Position numbers and translations under genes: made by a program. From Octopus sinensis (Eukaryota), in assembly GCF_006345805.1 (NCBI RefSeq), contig NC_043013.1:23746001-23810000 (forward strand): a stretch of DNA of 64,000 nt, in the 5' to 3' direction. This document shows positions 1-12,112 of this stretch, one piece after another. The notes below the pieces were generated by a model, which saw nothing but the letters and a program-made list of their open reading frames with translations, was not told the origin of the DNA and ran no database searches. Position 1 is the first letter of the stretch; each line of letters begins with the position of its first letter.

Positions 1-166
1 TTGATAACTGCTGAGAGATATTCCATCTCCCCATGTTTCAGCAGATACAATTTTTGTTTTATCCACCAGGGATCTGGCTATGACAGTTTTGCAATGCTGT
101 ACTGAAGTTTAGCAATGTTTCTTAAATACATGTTAAACAGGAATCGAGCGAAAGACCATAACTCAC

Positions 167-271
167 CATTTGTGGCCCGCAGGAAAGACCATTTGTCCCT
201 CCCGTATCGATTCTAATTCGCCCATACTGGTTTCCTTCTTCCAAGTAGACACACGAAATTATTCCACATTT
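167..271 (-). CDS. ADAMTS-like Cys-rich exon KCGIISCVYLEEGNQYGRIRIDTGGTNGLSCGPQM (gene continues off window)
   Basis: tctcttcag acceptor, gtgagt donor, phase 0-0; CxxxxC...xGxxCG pattern of the ADAMTS disintegrin-like domain. Confidence 0.85.
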
Positions 272-288
272 CTGAAGAGAGTATACAA

Positions 289-319
<31 letters not shown>

Positions 320-338
320 ATAACACAAATATATATAT

Positions 339-384
<46 letters not shown>

Positions 385-622
385 GTAGGATAAATTTTTT
401 TCGAAAACAATTCTATCAATGGCCAGCATTATTATATATATATATATATTATATATATATATATATATACACATATATATATATAATAATGCTGGCCATA
501 TATATATATATACATGCATACATACGTACATAAATATATCTTAAAAAATTAAATATCAAATGAGTTAGTGGGAAAGAAATGAATAAAGTTTTTAAGATTT
601 ACATTATAGTAAATGTACTCAC

Positions 623-702
623 AAATTTCGGATATAAGTCAATATAAGAGAACCCTTTGCCGTACCGAATCCGGCAGTAATCATCCGGGGTCGTATATGT
701 TG
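623..702 (-). CDS. ADAMTS-like Cys-rich (disintegrin-like) exon (A)TYTTPDDYCRIRYGKGFSYIDLYPKF
   Basis: ttccacag acceptor, gtgagt donor, phase 1->0; resembles YxxDxxCxxxFG. Confidence 0.85.
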
Positions 703-1789
703 CTGTGGAACGAATTAAAATATGGTGTCTGTTATTTAATATGAATATCATCTACGGTTATTTAACGACTATTTCAATGTTTCTTTTAATCTCTTTGAGA
801 ATGTTTAAGCGACGTTAGCATGCGCGTTGAGTTGAGGTTATTCATTAACCCAAACCAAGTCCACGATCTACTGTCGATTCGTTTCTAGCTCACGAAAATT
901 TCCCTTTATTTATATTGCAACTTGTCAATAATGGTATCGTTGGTTACATGTTTCTAACTCACGAATCATTGATTCACTGCATTTCTGATGGTGAGACTAT
1001 AACAATGGAGTGGCTATAATTCGCTGCTTTAACTTCTTTCAAGAAGCAGGAGCACCATTTGTCGTCAACGTTTACATCCTTTGCTGTTACACATTAGCTG
1101 TATATGTATATATATGATTTAGAGAAATATATACACATATTATATACATATATTATATATTGTGAAATTCGATTTAGAATTGCTAAATTAAATTTTTCCC
1201 TGTAAGTTTGGAATTATATTCCCTATTATTATTATTATTATTATATATAGTACTTAACACATGTCGTGCAGATTAAATAGTTATATTTAACTTTGTGACT
1301 TATATCTGCATTATTTATAGATTCACGGACTCAAATGTCACGTCTGATTGCTCGGATATGGTGATGCTGAGTGGTGAGGCAACTACCACAGGTCGTAAAT
1401 CGTGCTAACGATTCTGCCAGCTCGCCACCTAATTTGAGTTCAATCTTAAAAATCAGTCCGGTTGTTAGGTGTTATAACCATTAACAAAATGTTGCCAACT
1501 CTACTGAACAGGTGCTGAATAGGGGAAGGTCTAAATTTGGCACCAACAATTGGAAGTAGCTTCCCTTGCTTTCGTTAAAAATTCCAGTGAAATGCAACAT
1601 TTCTATAAAAGTTATGGAATTCTATTAACAAAAGATTGTTTAGAATTAGCTAACAATGAGTTCCGCTGATGAGAGCAAAGTGAAAGTTCAGTTTTTTTGT
1701 TAAGGAATACAGCTGACTATTTGCATTAAGAGAAGTTTCTCATAGAGTTATTCTCTGTCCAGCAGATGTTGTAATACCTAGAATTGGTA

Positions 1790-2003
1790 AAGGCGGCGAG
1801 CTGGCAGAAACGTTAGCACGCCGGGTGAAATGCTTAGCGGTTTTTCGTCCGTCTTTACGGTCTGAGTTCAAATTCTGCCGAGGTCGACTTTGCCCCTTAT
1901 CTTTTCGGGGTCGATAAATAAAGTACCAGTTGCGAACTGGGGTCGATCTAATCGACTGGCCCCTTACCCCAAAATTTTGAGCCTTGTGCCTAGAGTAGAA
2001 ACG
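1790..2003 (+). mobile_element. tRNA-derived SINE (family A) with 17-bp TSD
   Basis: aatacctagaattggta at 1773-1789 and 2004-2020; same body recurs at 10.6, 11.0, 29.5, 45.8 and 54.5 kb. Confidence 0.9.
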
Positions 2004-2555
2004 AATACCTAGAATTGGTACAACTCCTGACAGTTATCCAACTAGTGGTTCTATCAAGTGATCCCAACTGGCTAACAGGAACGAACTTCATCTATTTTCT
2101 AGTAAAATAAAAGCAATGTTACTATTTTAGAAATAAAGAACAAATAACCCCACGAAGGAACAATGATACAGCCTATCTGTAATACTGCTTATTTTGACAC
2201 TAAACCTATAATACAGATATTCAGTGTGGTCGAACCAATCAAGAATCAATTGGATATATTGGTTCTTTGAGATTGGAATAAAATTTGGTTAACAAAATTA
2301 TTCGTATTTTGCAGTAAATCAAGATAGGCAAGGGTTCAAACAAAGACTTTGTTGTCGATGGACTTGATGTCTGTCTTGAATTCCATGATTAAAGATACAA
2401 TCACTTGTGTTACTATAAACCAGGAAATAAATCTGAGAATGATCCATTGAACGTGTAAGAGCAAGATATAGCTATCAGATAGCAAAATAGGACAAAAGAA
2501 AAATAATAAAGCAAAAAGACACACACACACACCACACACACACACACACACTTAC

Positions 2556-2656
2556 CAGGTAGTAATCCGCTACCAAAAGTATCTACAATTGAATGAGCCT
2601 TTCCTTTGGTTTCGCTGACGGAAATATTTTCTTCTTGCATACATTTGCCTTTACCG
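2556..2656 (-). CDS. ADAMTS-like exon (S)GKGKCMQEENISV...FGSGLLP
   Basis: ttctttcag acceptor, gtaagt donor; GxGxCxxD/E...LP end of the catalytic domain. Confidence 0.85.
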
Positions 2657-3232
2657 CTGAAAGAAAAGATTTTGTAAATATTTATCCAATCTGCAAAATA
2701 GAGGATTCCCACAAATCGATATGAACTTCAAACTTGACTTATTTTTATCGATTCATTAAATTCCACCGAAGGAAGATAAAGAAGAAGAAGGGAAGCTGCT
2801 CCAACTGTGATCGTTACTCGTTACCAACGCTACCAATAATGCCATTGGTCACTACCACCAACACCACTGCCTTCACTAGTGTTGCCACAAGCACCACTAC
2901 TACTACCACCACCACTGTCAATACCATCTTACACTGCTACCATCACAATCATAACCTGTCACTACCATCATTACCACCGACATCGCCGCCACCAAACGCT
3001 ACACTACCATTACCACTGACACCATTGCCACCACTAATACCATTCCCCAGACTCCTGCTATAGAGAGAGAAAGTTACGTTCGTTTTCTGTAAACGAAAGT
3101 ACAAATTGATAAAAATATATGTATTTAGTCATCCTAAACTTGTGATTTTAAGCGTAGACTAAACCATCACAACATTGATTCCAGAAATACTAAATGTTTG
3201 TTCGATTCTATTGTCATAATATAAAGAATTAC

Positions 3233-3358
3233 CTTCTTAACCATCTTTCGAAGTATTTTGCTGCGCAGACGCTCCATCCGGTGTCTCTGTCGCCCATTAC
3301 ACCACTTCTTCCCGTATAATTTGCACAGTTGGGATGACTGTCATGAGGAATATCAATG
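3233..3358 (-). CDS. ADAMTS-like exon IDIPHDSHPNCANYTGRSGVMGDRDTGWSVCAAKYFERWLR (third His, Met-turn, WSxC)
   Basis: ttgcttccag acceptor, gtaatt donor; completes HExxHxxxxxHD, followed by the Met-turn VM and WSxC helix. Confidence 0.92.
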
Positions 3359-4061
3359 CTGGAAGCAACAACAAATATTCTTCAAAATATTAGAAAAGTC
3401 TTTTCTTCATGTGAAGTTTTAAAAAAGTTTAAAGAATTATTACAAGATTTATTAATGTCATATCTGCACAGCTTCATAAGTCCAGTCTTCAATCATTACC
3501 AGGGACCATATTTCTCATATCACATCGACATAGAATCGGATTATTATTCTCTTGAAATACCATTTGGTTGTACTTTTGTGGGGAAGAGAGGGTATAGAGA
3601 GAGCGAAGGAGAGGAAAGGAAAGAGAGAGAAAGGTGAGAGATGAAGAGTGATAGTAAAGAGGAAGAGAGCAAGAAAGACAAGAAAAAATAGATACTGAGA
3701 AGTAGAATGTGAGGGGTGAATTGGAGCCGAGTCAAAGAATGTGGTCGAAGAATCCAGCTTGATTTGGAGACGCGAACCAATCGCCAAAACTACGAAACGT
3801 AAGGAGTATTTTTTTTTAGAAGAGTTTGTTGTTAAAGTAATGAATAAATTATTCTTAAAGTCTCAAAGAGTCATCGTTCTGAAATATCTTTCATAGTTTA
3901 AAGCCAGCGAGGGAACCTCTGAGTGGTTTTTTGATATTGTAGAAATATCAGCTAAACCTCATGTTTGGTCACAATTGAAAAGTTCCTGATCAAAGGTCTA
4001 CTTGACCAGGACCTACTTTAGCTGAAACATCAAGAGTTTTGTTTTATTATGAAGTACATAC

Positions 4062-4187
4062 CCATGAGCTATTTCATGACTTAAAGTGTCGTAGTCTCCC
4101 CACTTGATTGATTTGGAAATTGCACATCTACCGCCACCACAAATTCCTCCAGAACCTCCAAGGCCGAGCAGGTTGCTATTTTTGCTA
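4062..4187 (-). CDS. ADAMTS-like exon with zinc motif: SKNSNLLGLGGSGGICGGGRCAISKSIKWGDYDTLSHEIAH(G)
   Basis: LGL..GGIC...CAI.....HExxH; tatttcag acceptor, gtatgt donor, phase 2-2. Confidence 0.92.
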
Positions 4188-5516
4188 CTGAAATAATAAT
4201 TATATTGGAACTTAATAAAAAAGAACACAATTTTCCAAGCAACAGCAAAGTACACACGAGATCTGATATGTTTATCAATGAAAATTAAATTTCTTATGAC
4301 ATGAATTTCTATCGACATCAGTTGTAAATGAGTAAAACCTACGAGTTTGTGGTTCACATTAATTCTAGAAAAACTTTCTCATACAAAGAATATGGGGAAA
4401 GTTTTGCTAAACGAAGATGACAGACATTAGATAAAAGTTATTTAAGTTTAGCAAAAACATTTACAGATGACACCTTTGGACTTGGATCATAAAGTTCGAA
4501 TGCGTGAAGGCCGGACGCGAGAGGCAAAAACCTGAGAAGGGCAAATTTCAAATTAACCTAAAATCGGAACGCCGAAAGCTTGAGAGGCTGAATATTTGAA
4601 ACACCGAATTTTAAAAATATTTTAGGGGAAAATATGATAATGGCATTAAAAATTTTATTTACAATTTTAAAAGGGAGTTTATTTGAGCGACATAGAATAA
4701 CACGTTTGTTTGTATATGCTATGTCAGAACCTTAAGGAAAAAATAAGAAGAAAACGGTCTTAAAAATATGTATTTAACAGTTTTAAAACGGAATTTATTT
4801 GAGGAAACATATTTACTCTGTATTATGCTACCTCAAAATGGTTATTTTAAAGAGAAATATAAAGAAAAACTGGTCTCATTTTTCATATTATTTTTCCACC
4901 AAAATATTTTAAACTTCGGTGTCCTGAGCATTCGATTCTTCAAGTTTCCGTATTCTGAAATTCAGCTTTCTCATGTTCAACCCCATGATCGGTCCACAAA
5001 ACCTTTTGATTCAGCACAAAGGTTTATATTTTTTAGCGAAAAACAAAGGTTAATGATTTTTGACGTTTCCTTTAAAAGGCTTTCATATTGCTTCGTTATA
5101 AAGAATTTTCGTTCAGAGTCAATAATAGAAAGAGGTATTGCGTGCGTCCGCGCGCGTGCATGAGTGTCCACGTGTCATTGTTTCTTCGTTTATGTATTTG
5201 GCACAAGACGGCCAGTAAAAACCAGTTTCGCATTAAAAGATAACTTAGCCACCCAATAAATACAGATTGATAAAATAGGTACCAAACTGAAATGTCTACC
5301 TGGATCGATCAGCAAAATCTTTGAAGGCAGTGCTCCCCCCATGATCGCAGTCCAATATGCGAAACCAATAAAAAACGTAAAACATTATAAATACTGTTGG
5401 CGTATTAAGAATATTATTTCTGAATAAAGCCGTTCATTATTTGTCGATCTACAACAACGAATCATTGCTCGATTTTTTCCACTTTTATTTAAATAAAGAT
5501 TGATAATAAAACTCAC

Positions 5517-5617
5517 TTAGTTACGATGTGTATGTGATCAAAGTTGAGTTTCCTTTTCTCAGCCCAAACACAAACACTTCGTAGAGCCTGCGCGAAACTG
5601 TTTATTTTGTACCAAGA
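5517..5617 (-). CDS. ADAMTS-like catalytic exon SWYKINSFAQALRSVCVWAEKRKLNFDHIHIVT(N)
   Basis: tactttcag acceptor, gtgagt donor; resembles the LxSFCxW...DxAILLT segment. Confidence 0.85.
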
Positions 5618-6840
5618 CTGAAAGTAATCAACACAACTGATAAACGTCTGTTCAATATGAAAAACAATGGACTGATTAATGGCACAAAGAAACGGGAAAG
5701 TAATTGAATTCATAATTCGGTTGTCAACAGGGAAGCTTGACACGACGTTGTCGCTGTCTTTACAATGTGATCGGAGCCGTCACTTTGATTAAGACACCTT
5801 CCATCTGATGTCTGATGTCTGTCATTAAATAATTCATAACGGAATGGGATGTTGCAGACTTGTCGTCACATGTAGACAGGGTTCGAATCCAGTGGCAAAT
5901 ACGACCGAGTGTACTGAAGACGCTGGTTTCAGACTTTGTGATTCATTTTCCAATGGGAAGGATTACAGTCAGTAATTGCAAGCAAAAATTAACACTTGCC
6001 AGTTATATAGTAATAGCACATTACAGTCGTGAACTGTAGTTGACCATGGTATATATTTACGGCTCGGTGGACTTAGCTAACAGGAGTTATTTATCGACGA
6101 GTGTTAATACAAGACAGCATCGATGACGGGATACGAAATATCGATCTTTCAGTCTGTTGCTAGGTTCATGCTGATCCATCTATGTCTTTGCTCTAAAGTA
6201 AATATTTCAATCTTCTGTGCTGATCTGTTCTTCATTAGTCATGAATCCTCTGGCAAAGCTTGTGGCATGTCGAATACATTAAATCGCTGAGGAGAGTAGA
6301 AAATCTAACGTTTCGAGCGTTTGTCCTTCAACAGTTGTCTGCTGAACAGGAAGTATTTGGAAGCCTTCATAACTCTACCCTCGATTATATAAACACCTAC
6401 TTCATATTGTACTTATTGTTGAATGGCAAAAATATGTAAGCGATTTCTTCTCCTCGCGGTTATTGAATTTATTCAACAATCCAAGACCTTTTCTTTGTTT
6501 TTTGTTGCAGTTCCTCACCAATTTTCTCGCAATCGAGATTTTATGTTAGGTGAATCCTTTGGTTGTGTAAGAGAAACTGTCAAAATCTATCATTAGATGT
6601 CAGTTTAATCGTACAAGATTTTATTAAACTCTAGAACAGAGACGAAAACAATTCTGATAGAACTTCGCTAATTTTAACTTAATATCTATAGCATTTGTAC
6701 GATTCCCAGTTTTTTTTCTAACTTAATATTTTATTTTATCAGTCATTCTGTTTTCGTCAAATTTTCTCTAAAATTATTTTTTAAAACGATATCATGTAAG
6801 AAGGTATTTTGTCAAAATACAGAATTGAATTGAGACTTAC

Positions 6841-6927
6841 TGGATTTTCTCTAAAAATATTGATATACTTAATGATTAGCTTTATCGAATATCCCAGTTG
6901 GTTTTCTTTATTAAACTCATATTGCAC
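6841..6927 (-). CDS. ADAMTS-like catalytic exon VQYEFNKENQLGYSIKLIIKYINIFRENP
   Basis: ttctgtttcag acceptor, gtaagt donor, phase 0-0; corresponds to the ADAMTS VxxxFxxxSLGxxIxIxV segment. Confidence 0.85.
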
Positions 6928-7057
6928 CTGAAACAGAAATGCAAAAGAAATACTGAAATGGTAGATTTTTGCTTCTTTTTGTATTTCAAACAGTTTTCAA
7001 TGCAGAAAGGAAATAGTGTTTAAAAATACGAAATATATTTCTAGATTATTTACTTAC

Positions 7058-7212
7058 CGTATTCCATGCAGCCACAAGATATTGTAGTTTTTCTTTCAAA
7101 GTCTTAGAGTTCGTTTTCTCTTCCAAGTAATTGTACACAGACTGGTCAAAAAACAAAGCCAATTCTATCGTTAACTTTTCATGTGTTGTCCTCGCTTCTT
7201 CCATTTTGTTTA
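7058..7212 (-). CDS. ADAMTS-like catalytic domain exon ...KLTIELALFFDQSVYNYL...LQYLVAAWNT
   Basis: Resembles the reprolysin first strand/helix (ExxxxxD); gtaagt donor phase 0; acceptor (gaag) is less certain. Confidence 0.8.
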
Positions 7213-7280
7213 CTTCGGTGACAAAAGAAAAATCAGCATTGGAAATCGTTTTCATATTTTGTTATTGAGCATAACATAAT

Positions 7281-7380
7281 AGCAAAAACCCTTTATCTTC
7301 AAAGATTTCTGTAAGGAAAAAAGGTGTTGGCAGAGCTATAGGTTCTTCTCGTTTTCTTTTATCAACCGTGTTAAAGTTGA
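7281..7380 (-). CDS. ADAMTS-like candidate exon with furin-type site (V)NFNTVDKRKREEPIALPTPFFLTEIFEDK; donor uncertain
   Basis: catttcag phase-1 acceptor matches the upstream donor; in-frame KRKR sits at the expected pro/mature boundary; no clean donor found. Confidence 0.4.
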
Positions 7381-8743
7381 CTGAAATGCTCTTTTCTCTG
7401 GACCGTTAAAGGATATATCGCTAAAACATTCTTGACCAAGTGGATGATAACTGTGAAATTTCGCAGGGAAAACAAAAAGAGTTTTCATTTGCGTTAACGT
7501 GTGTATTAATACAAAATACCATTTAAAATATATAGCGTTATGTTAAAAATATGCAAATTTCACTTGATTCTATAAAATAGATGTTGTCAATAAAACAAAA
7601 GTTTAGGTCCGTCAAGAAATAAGGTTCGTCAGAAAGAAAAACGTGCTTATCATTTTAAACTTTTGCGGAAACGATGTCTGTTCTGCAGAAGCCTGTTACT
7701 TATTTGGAGAACGAAAGTGAAAGAATCGAGCTCTTAAAACAATTTTAATTATATACTTAAGTTCTTTTAAAATGTATTATCTATGTTACTGGAAGAACTT
7801 TGAGGCCGCTGCTACCCGGACAAACACTCTAGATTACATTAAAAGGAGAGATTTCCAGTTCATTGACAAAAACTCACACTATAACATACGCAAACCTCTA
7901 ACGCACAGTTGCAAGCTCCCCCGCTAGCTTTTTATCGCTACTATGACTTTCTTTGCCCCCCAGTACTAACTAGTGACATATCGACTCCACTCAAACCATC
8001 CAACACATTCGGTTTAACCATTTGGCTCTTGATTGCCCTTTGTGGCGTCTACTCTGTGGGAAGCATTCGGACAAGGCATCATATCTTTGGATATCTCCCT
8101 ACAACAAGAATCGGCGGGTCTAGCAGAGGCTTTGAGCACTGTCCTTTCTTACTCTCATAAATTTATACGAAAATATTTCAGAACGAATTCATCTCCGTTC
8201 ATTGTCTCATGTCTTATTTCTATCTCTGGTTGGTGTTTGAATCAAAATTTTATTTCCTTCAGTGTTCCACTTCTTTTAGCCACTATTTCAATGTTTTGTT
8301 GGTCAATGGGTGAGCTCATTCGGCCTGAAATAACAGGTGACTAAATATTCAAAGCCTACCATAACGTCTTTAACGTTGGTAAAACTACCGAATAAAATAA
8401 ACTTGAATTTAATGGAAAAGGTTGTGGGTCGCGGCGCCAAATCGTTCTCCCGCCAATCTGCGTACCTTGGCTCGGAGCTACACAACAATGATATGAGCAG
8501 CAACAATCACCATCAGAAGCGAGAGTAATAACAATAGGTAGACCCTTAGCTTAGTCAATGAGATTTCACTAGGCTATTGAACCTATATGCAGGAAATATA
8601 AAAAATATATTCAATCGTGTAATGGATCACAAGCTGAGACAAATTTCACGCGTTACAACGAACCGAGATCAATTTATTTTACAAAGTGTAAGTTATTGCT
8701 GCTGAGCTTTCTTTCCCAAAAGTTATGTGAAATATTAATTTAC

Positions 8744-8858
8744 CTTGTTGCATAAGGTTACTGGATGCCCGTCTTGCAATCAAATAAATGTTTTCAGCAC
8801 AGGTTGAACGAGGAGCAATTATTTGATAGTCGCTGCCATTGGTAACAATTGTTCCGTG
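8744..8858 (-). CDS. ADAMTS-like prodomain exon HGTIVTNGSDYQIIAP...SNLMQQ
   Basis: tttttccag acceptor, gtaaat donor; continues CNGL|xGxI...YxI as in ADAM prodomains. Confidence 0.8.
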
Positions 8859-9009
8859 CTGGAAAAAGTGAATATTAATAAATTGTGTTAAAATCAGGGA
8901 CAGCTTCATGTCGAAGTTCTACAGATATTCTAAGATGTTTAAGGCATGATGGAGTGGAACAGAAAATTTGTGACATCATCATTGGATTTTATGAGATATA
9001 AGGGTAATA

Positions 9010-9399
9010 TATATATAGGAGCACTCCGTCGGTTACGACGATGAGGGTCCCAGCTGATACGATCAACGGAACAGCGTGCTCGTGGAATTAACATGCAAGT
9101 GGCTGAGCATTCCACAGACACGTGTACCCTTAACGTAGTTCTCGAGGAGATTCAGCGTGACACAGTGTGTGACAAGGCTGGCTCTTTGAAATACAGGTAC
9201 AACAGAAACAGGAAGAAAGAGTGAGAGAAAGTTGTGGTGAAAGAGTACAGCAGGGTTCACCACCACCCCCTGCAGGAGCCTTGTGAAGCTTTAGGTGTTT
9301 TCGCTCAATAAACACTCACAATGCCCGGTCTGGGGATCGAAACCGCGATCCTACGACCGCGAGTCCGCTGCCCTAACCACTGGGCCATTGCGCCTCCAC
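9010..9399 (-). mobile_element. tRNA-derived SINE (family B) with 12-bp TSD
   Basis: tRNA-like head with A/B-box-like motifs at the right end; ataagggtaata at 8998-9009 and 9400-9411; highly similar copy at 15.1 kb. Confidence 0.9.
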
Positions 9400-9813
9400 A
9401 TAAGGGTAATAAAATATGTTAAATCGAGAAAGTAATTCTGTCTTATGGCGCAATGAACAACAACAATAATTTTATTAGTGTTGAAGGAATAATCAAAAGC
9501 GTCATTCTCACCACCACCACTTCACTGCGAAATCCTTTCTAAAAACCTCATCTAAATCAGCTTTTAACTCCCTTCCGCTAGTTATTGTTTTCTCTAGGTA
9601 TTTTCTTACTCTTTAAGTTTACAAATTCTTTAGCATGCAACTTATATTAAATTATTGTTTTATTCTGTAGGTTTAAACAGATTTTTCTGTTATTTGGGCG
9701 GTTTCGAATTTGAATGTGGATAAAATTTCACCGGCGGACTCAGGGTTCCTTACCCATGTATGAAAGACTTCACTGAAAGTAGAATAAAAAATATCAACAA
9801 ACTCAATACTTAC

Positions 9814-9993
9814 TAAACCGTTACAATAAGAGAGTGACACCATTCCTCTTCCAAACTGAGGTTTTCCAGATAAGAAACATTCTGGTTCGAATCGAATATT
9901 CTCTTCATGTTCATTATTTTTATCGCTGACGACAACTTTAGCAGAAGGATGAATAACAGATTGTGGTGGCCACAAATCTAACAATAAACTAAA
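9814..9993 (-). CDS. ADAMTS-like prodomain (Pep_M12B_propep-like) exon FSLLLDLWPPQS...ECFLSG...VSLSYCNGL
   Basis: Motifs L-x-L-x-P and CFxSG...SLSxCNGL are typical of ADAM/ADAMTS propeptides; cag acceptor, gtaagt donor. Confidence 0.85.
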
Positions 9994-10178
9994 CTGTGAT
10001 GTATGTATGGCCAGAAATTTAGTCGAGCTGTTCACAGAAATTTGGTTTGAAGCAGAATTGTATCTGAAAAGAAATCGAAAGTAATCATAATTGCCAGGTA
10101 TATTGCAAGTATAACTGACTCATAACAATGACATTTTCCGACCAGTGTCTTCATCTTGTCTGTAGAAGAAGTAGCAGT

Positions 10179-10500
10179 GAGGGCGCGTGGCTTAGTGGTT
10201 AGGGCATTCGGCTCATGATCGTAAGGTTGTGAGTTCGATTCCCGGCGACGCGTTGTGTCCTTGAGCAAGACACTTTATTTCACGTTGCTCCAGTCCACTC
10301 AGCTGGCAAAAATGAGTTGTACTTGTATTTCAAAGGGTCAGCCTTGTCTCTCTCTGTGTCACGCTGATTATCCCCGAGAACTACGTTAAGGGTACACGTA
10401 TCTGTGGAATGCTCAGCCATTTGCACGTTAATTTCACGAGCAAGCTGTTCCGTTGAAAGTATCAGCTGGGACCCTCGTCGTCGTAACCGGCGGAGTCTTT
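10179..10500 (+). mobile_element. tRNA-derived SINE sharing its 3' body with family B but with a different head
   Basis: tggcttagtggttagg...gagttcgattccc head; 3' ~200 bp is the reverse complement of the 9010-9210 body. Confidence 0.85.
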
Positions 10501-10612
10501 TAAAAGATAAAGTAGCTTATAATTATGGTCAGGCATTTCACTCACAACAGCTGAGTTTATCTGCCACTAATTAGTTTTAGTTGTTGGTGCTGTTTTTGTC
10601 GTGAATTGTGGT

Positions 10613-10815
10613 TAGGCAGAATTGTTAGCACGCCGGGCGAAATGCTGAGCGGTATTTCGTCTGCCGTTACGTTCTGAGTTCAAATTCCGCCGAGGTCGAC
10701 TTTCCCTTTCATCCTTTCGGGGTCGATGAAATAAGTACCAGTTATGCACTGGGGATCTATGTGATCGACTAGTTCCCCCACCCAAATTTCAAGCTTTGTG
10801 CCTTTAGTAGAAAGG

Positions 10816-10863
<48 letters not shown>

Positions 10864-10903
10864 GTTGTTGTTATTGTTGTTATTATTATTATTATTATTG
10901 TTA

Positions 10904-10941
<38 letters not shown>

Positions 10942-10951
10942 GTTGTTGTTG

Positions 10952-11033
<82 letters not shown>

Positions 11034-11186
11034 GATTAAGGCGACGAGCTGGCAGAAGCGTCAGCATGCTTAGCGATATTTCGCCCATCGCTATGCTCCG
11101 AGTTCAAATTCCGCCGAGGTCGGAATTAAGTACCAGTGAAACACTGGGGTTGATATAATCGACTAGCCCACCCCACCTCACCCCAA

Positions 11187-11263
<77 letters not shown>
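10613..11263 (+). mobile_element. Two tandem family-A SINE copies with expanded (TTA/TTG)n and (TTA)(TAG)n tails
   Basis: Bodies at ~10613-10816 and ~11038-11187 match 1790-2003; microsatellite tails follow each. Confidence 0.85.
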
Positions 11264-11265
<2 letters not shown>

Positions 11266-11599
11266 TGCCATGTTTCGGCAAGATACCATTTCGAATCGAC
11301 CGCTAATTTTGTTTGTACTATTTGAAAAGTCCACGTTAATAAATTAATATTCTGTGTTGTTGATAAACTGACCAAGATCCTGACAAACTATTCAGTAACG
11401 GTTTGGTTTTTTTGCATTTTGGAACGGAATTTGTTAAATATCTTTTTTTTTTCTAGACCCTAACCATTAAAAACAAAAAGAACTCAAAACATGGTGTGGG
11501 GACGAGTAGCGGGCTAGATCACAGGATGGACTTTAATGCCTGCCTGGACGCCCTACTGCGAACCTATTGCGACTTTGGGCAACGAAGGCCACGTGTTGC

Positions 11600-11790
11600 A
11601 AAAAATCGGTAACAGCTACGGAAACACTGAATGGCTAACTGCACAAGAGGCGGATTGCCTGGTTTCAATGATTTAGCCAATGAATTTTACGTTTACAGGT
11701 TAGACTTATTTGCCGATTTCGTAGCAGATATCTACTGCAACGGAAGAATCCAAAGTTCTGTATGGTCCGTGCCGTCCAAAAAACGTCCCG
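11600..11790 (+). mobile_element. Decayed fragment of L1/Tx1-clade ORF2
   Basis: MANCTRGGLPGFNDLANEFY..DLFADFVADIYCN.RIQSSV aligns by eye with LADCGGDKSPGLDGLPYELY..DLFGYLLACVYTN..RIPKSV at 40.1-40.25 kb. Confidence 0.65.
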
Positions 11791-12112
11791 GGGCTCTAGA
11801 CAGACGGATCGGTTAAATTGTTTAGGGTCGGGCTTCATGCAGATTTCCAAATGAAGATCTGGGACGAGATGATCCGTAATCGCTTTTGTAATGCATTTAG
11901 AACTTGCTCATTAAATGTGTATTTCTTTTAATTTAGGTATTAATTAACTGTCATATATCGGAGTAAATGCTTCTACGTTTTATTCGTATATCATGTTTTA
12001 TCGTGTTATGTATGACGACCACCTGTTCTTTAGACAAAACGTTTAGCTGACATAACAATGGTTTGATGAGATGAAAACTATTAGTAACTGATGAGGTAAA
12101 TACTTAAAGGAA

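Noticed and set aside
1-120. Next ADAMTS exon (e.g. HCKTVIARSL...)
   Set aside because: Weak acceptor and no recognisable Cys-rich or TSP1 motif; cannot be supported.
170-531. YI/IY-rich ORFs here, and similar HT/CV/SL/poly-N/poly-I ORFs at 10798-11088, 21465-21766, 28504-28921, 42315-42560, 46375-46768, 56128-57828
   Set aside because: Translations of microsatellites, not genes.
1660-1700. Hammerhead at CTGATGAgagcaaagtGAAA
   Set aside because: No stem II or stem I pairing; chance match.
9330-9399. tRNA genes (also ~10180-10250, ~30165-30225)
   Set aside because: tRNA-like heads continue into repeated SINE bodies, two family-B copies with TSDs; no complete cloverleaf seen.
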